Notes under the pieces: model-generated
The model's database searches: none
Told to the model about the DNA's origin: nothing
What the model saw: only the letters and a program-made list of their open reading frames with translations
From: Catajapyx aquilonaris
Lineage: Eukaryota
Assembly (NCBI GenBank): GCA_000934665.2
Contig: KZ538422.1
Location: 1 to 64,000 of the forward strand
DNA length: 64,000 nucleotides
Direction of reading: 5' to 3'
Made by a program: the position numbers and the translations under genes
Part shown: in pieces, positions 63,162-64,000 of the stretch
Position numbering within the stretch: position 1 is the stretch's first letter
Layout: each line of letters starts with the position of its first letter

Positions 63162-64000
63162 TATGTTACAGGGAGCTGAGAGGGCTTTAGGCCAGCATTA
63201 GTTTCTGTAGACTGGGGATTCAAAAACTAGGATGCAGTTTGTCTTGTGTTTTTCCTGACAAAAAGCCCTTCTGGGCAAACTTGGCTAGGAACTTTTGTTA
63301 TAGGTAGAGTCAAAGAATTATTCTTCTTTTTTTAAAATGAGAAGAATATTCAGTCAAATATGTTCCAAAAAATCAGTACCCTAAAATTGACATAATGCAC
63401 AGCCCATATAAATATATTTTTGTAAGAATGGTGTCCGAAACCTCATTAAGCTCCCATGATCAAAAACACAATTTATTTATTTCAAATTTATTATTCACTT
63501 ACCGTTAGTGAAGCTGGATAGAAGTTTCTCTCCCCTCCCCCGCAATATTAAAGAATTTTCGACATGGCCAGCATGGCCTAATAATTTGCGGGTGTAATCT
63601 CAGCAGGAGTAATTTGAGGGCAAATAGAATTGCATTTTTACAAGCAAGGAAAGGATCATTTGAAGTGCATCCTTGGCTGTAATATGTTTCAAATGGAATA
63701 ATGTCATATTCCTTCATCAACAGAAAATACCTAGACATTCAACAGTAACACCATGTTAGAATAATAGCTTCCTAGGAAGGAGAAAAGGTTTTATGCACTG
63801 CTCTGTGCCTCTTTCCACAGTGGAACACAAAGTGGTAAATAGAGTGCATAAAAAATAAAGCACCTTTCCAGAAATACATTTAAAATGTCAAAGTAGACAC
63901 TCGTATACCATTATTGGGCAAATATTCCTAAAGATTCAATTGTGTGCAAAATGAGACCCACTTTTGGGCACAGCAAGCCATGATTTGCACTTCTGTGAAA

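Overview
Repeat-rich, AT-rich animal (probably invertebrate) nuclear DNA with mostly very short GT-AG introns (about 50-80 nt). Recognisable host genes: a divergent POLE3/CHRAC-like histone-fold gene (- strand, ~1.2-1.7 kb), a complete 9-coding-exon ADCK5 (ABC1/aarF kinase; + strand, 29.5-43.0 kb) and the 5' part of a TP53INP/DOR autophagy gene (+ strand, from 59.3 kb, running off the window). An unrecognised acidic spliced gene probably lies head-to-head with ADCK5. The main feature is an apparently intact 3,963-bp Sola2-type DNA transposon (32062-36024): GGG...CCC ends, 4-bp TTCT target duplication, ~600-bp inverted repeats and a 782-aa DDD transposase. It is nested with other elements in the second coding intron of ADCK5. 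The transposase N-terminal Cys/His domain resembles, from memory, the N-terminal domain of vertebrate ARL14EP/C11orf46. The rest is MITEs (Sola-, Tc1/mariner-, pogo-, piggyBac- and EnSpm-like), four tRNA-derived SINE families (three share a 3' tail), several near-perfect palindromes and microsatellites. All family assignments come from motif recognition by eye, not from database searches.
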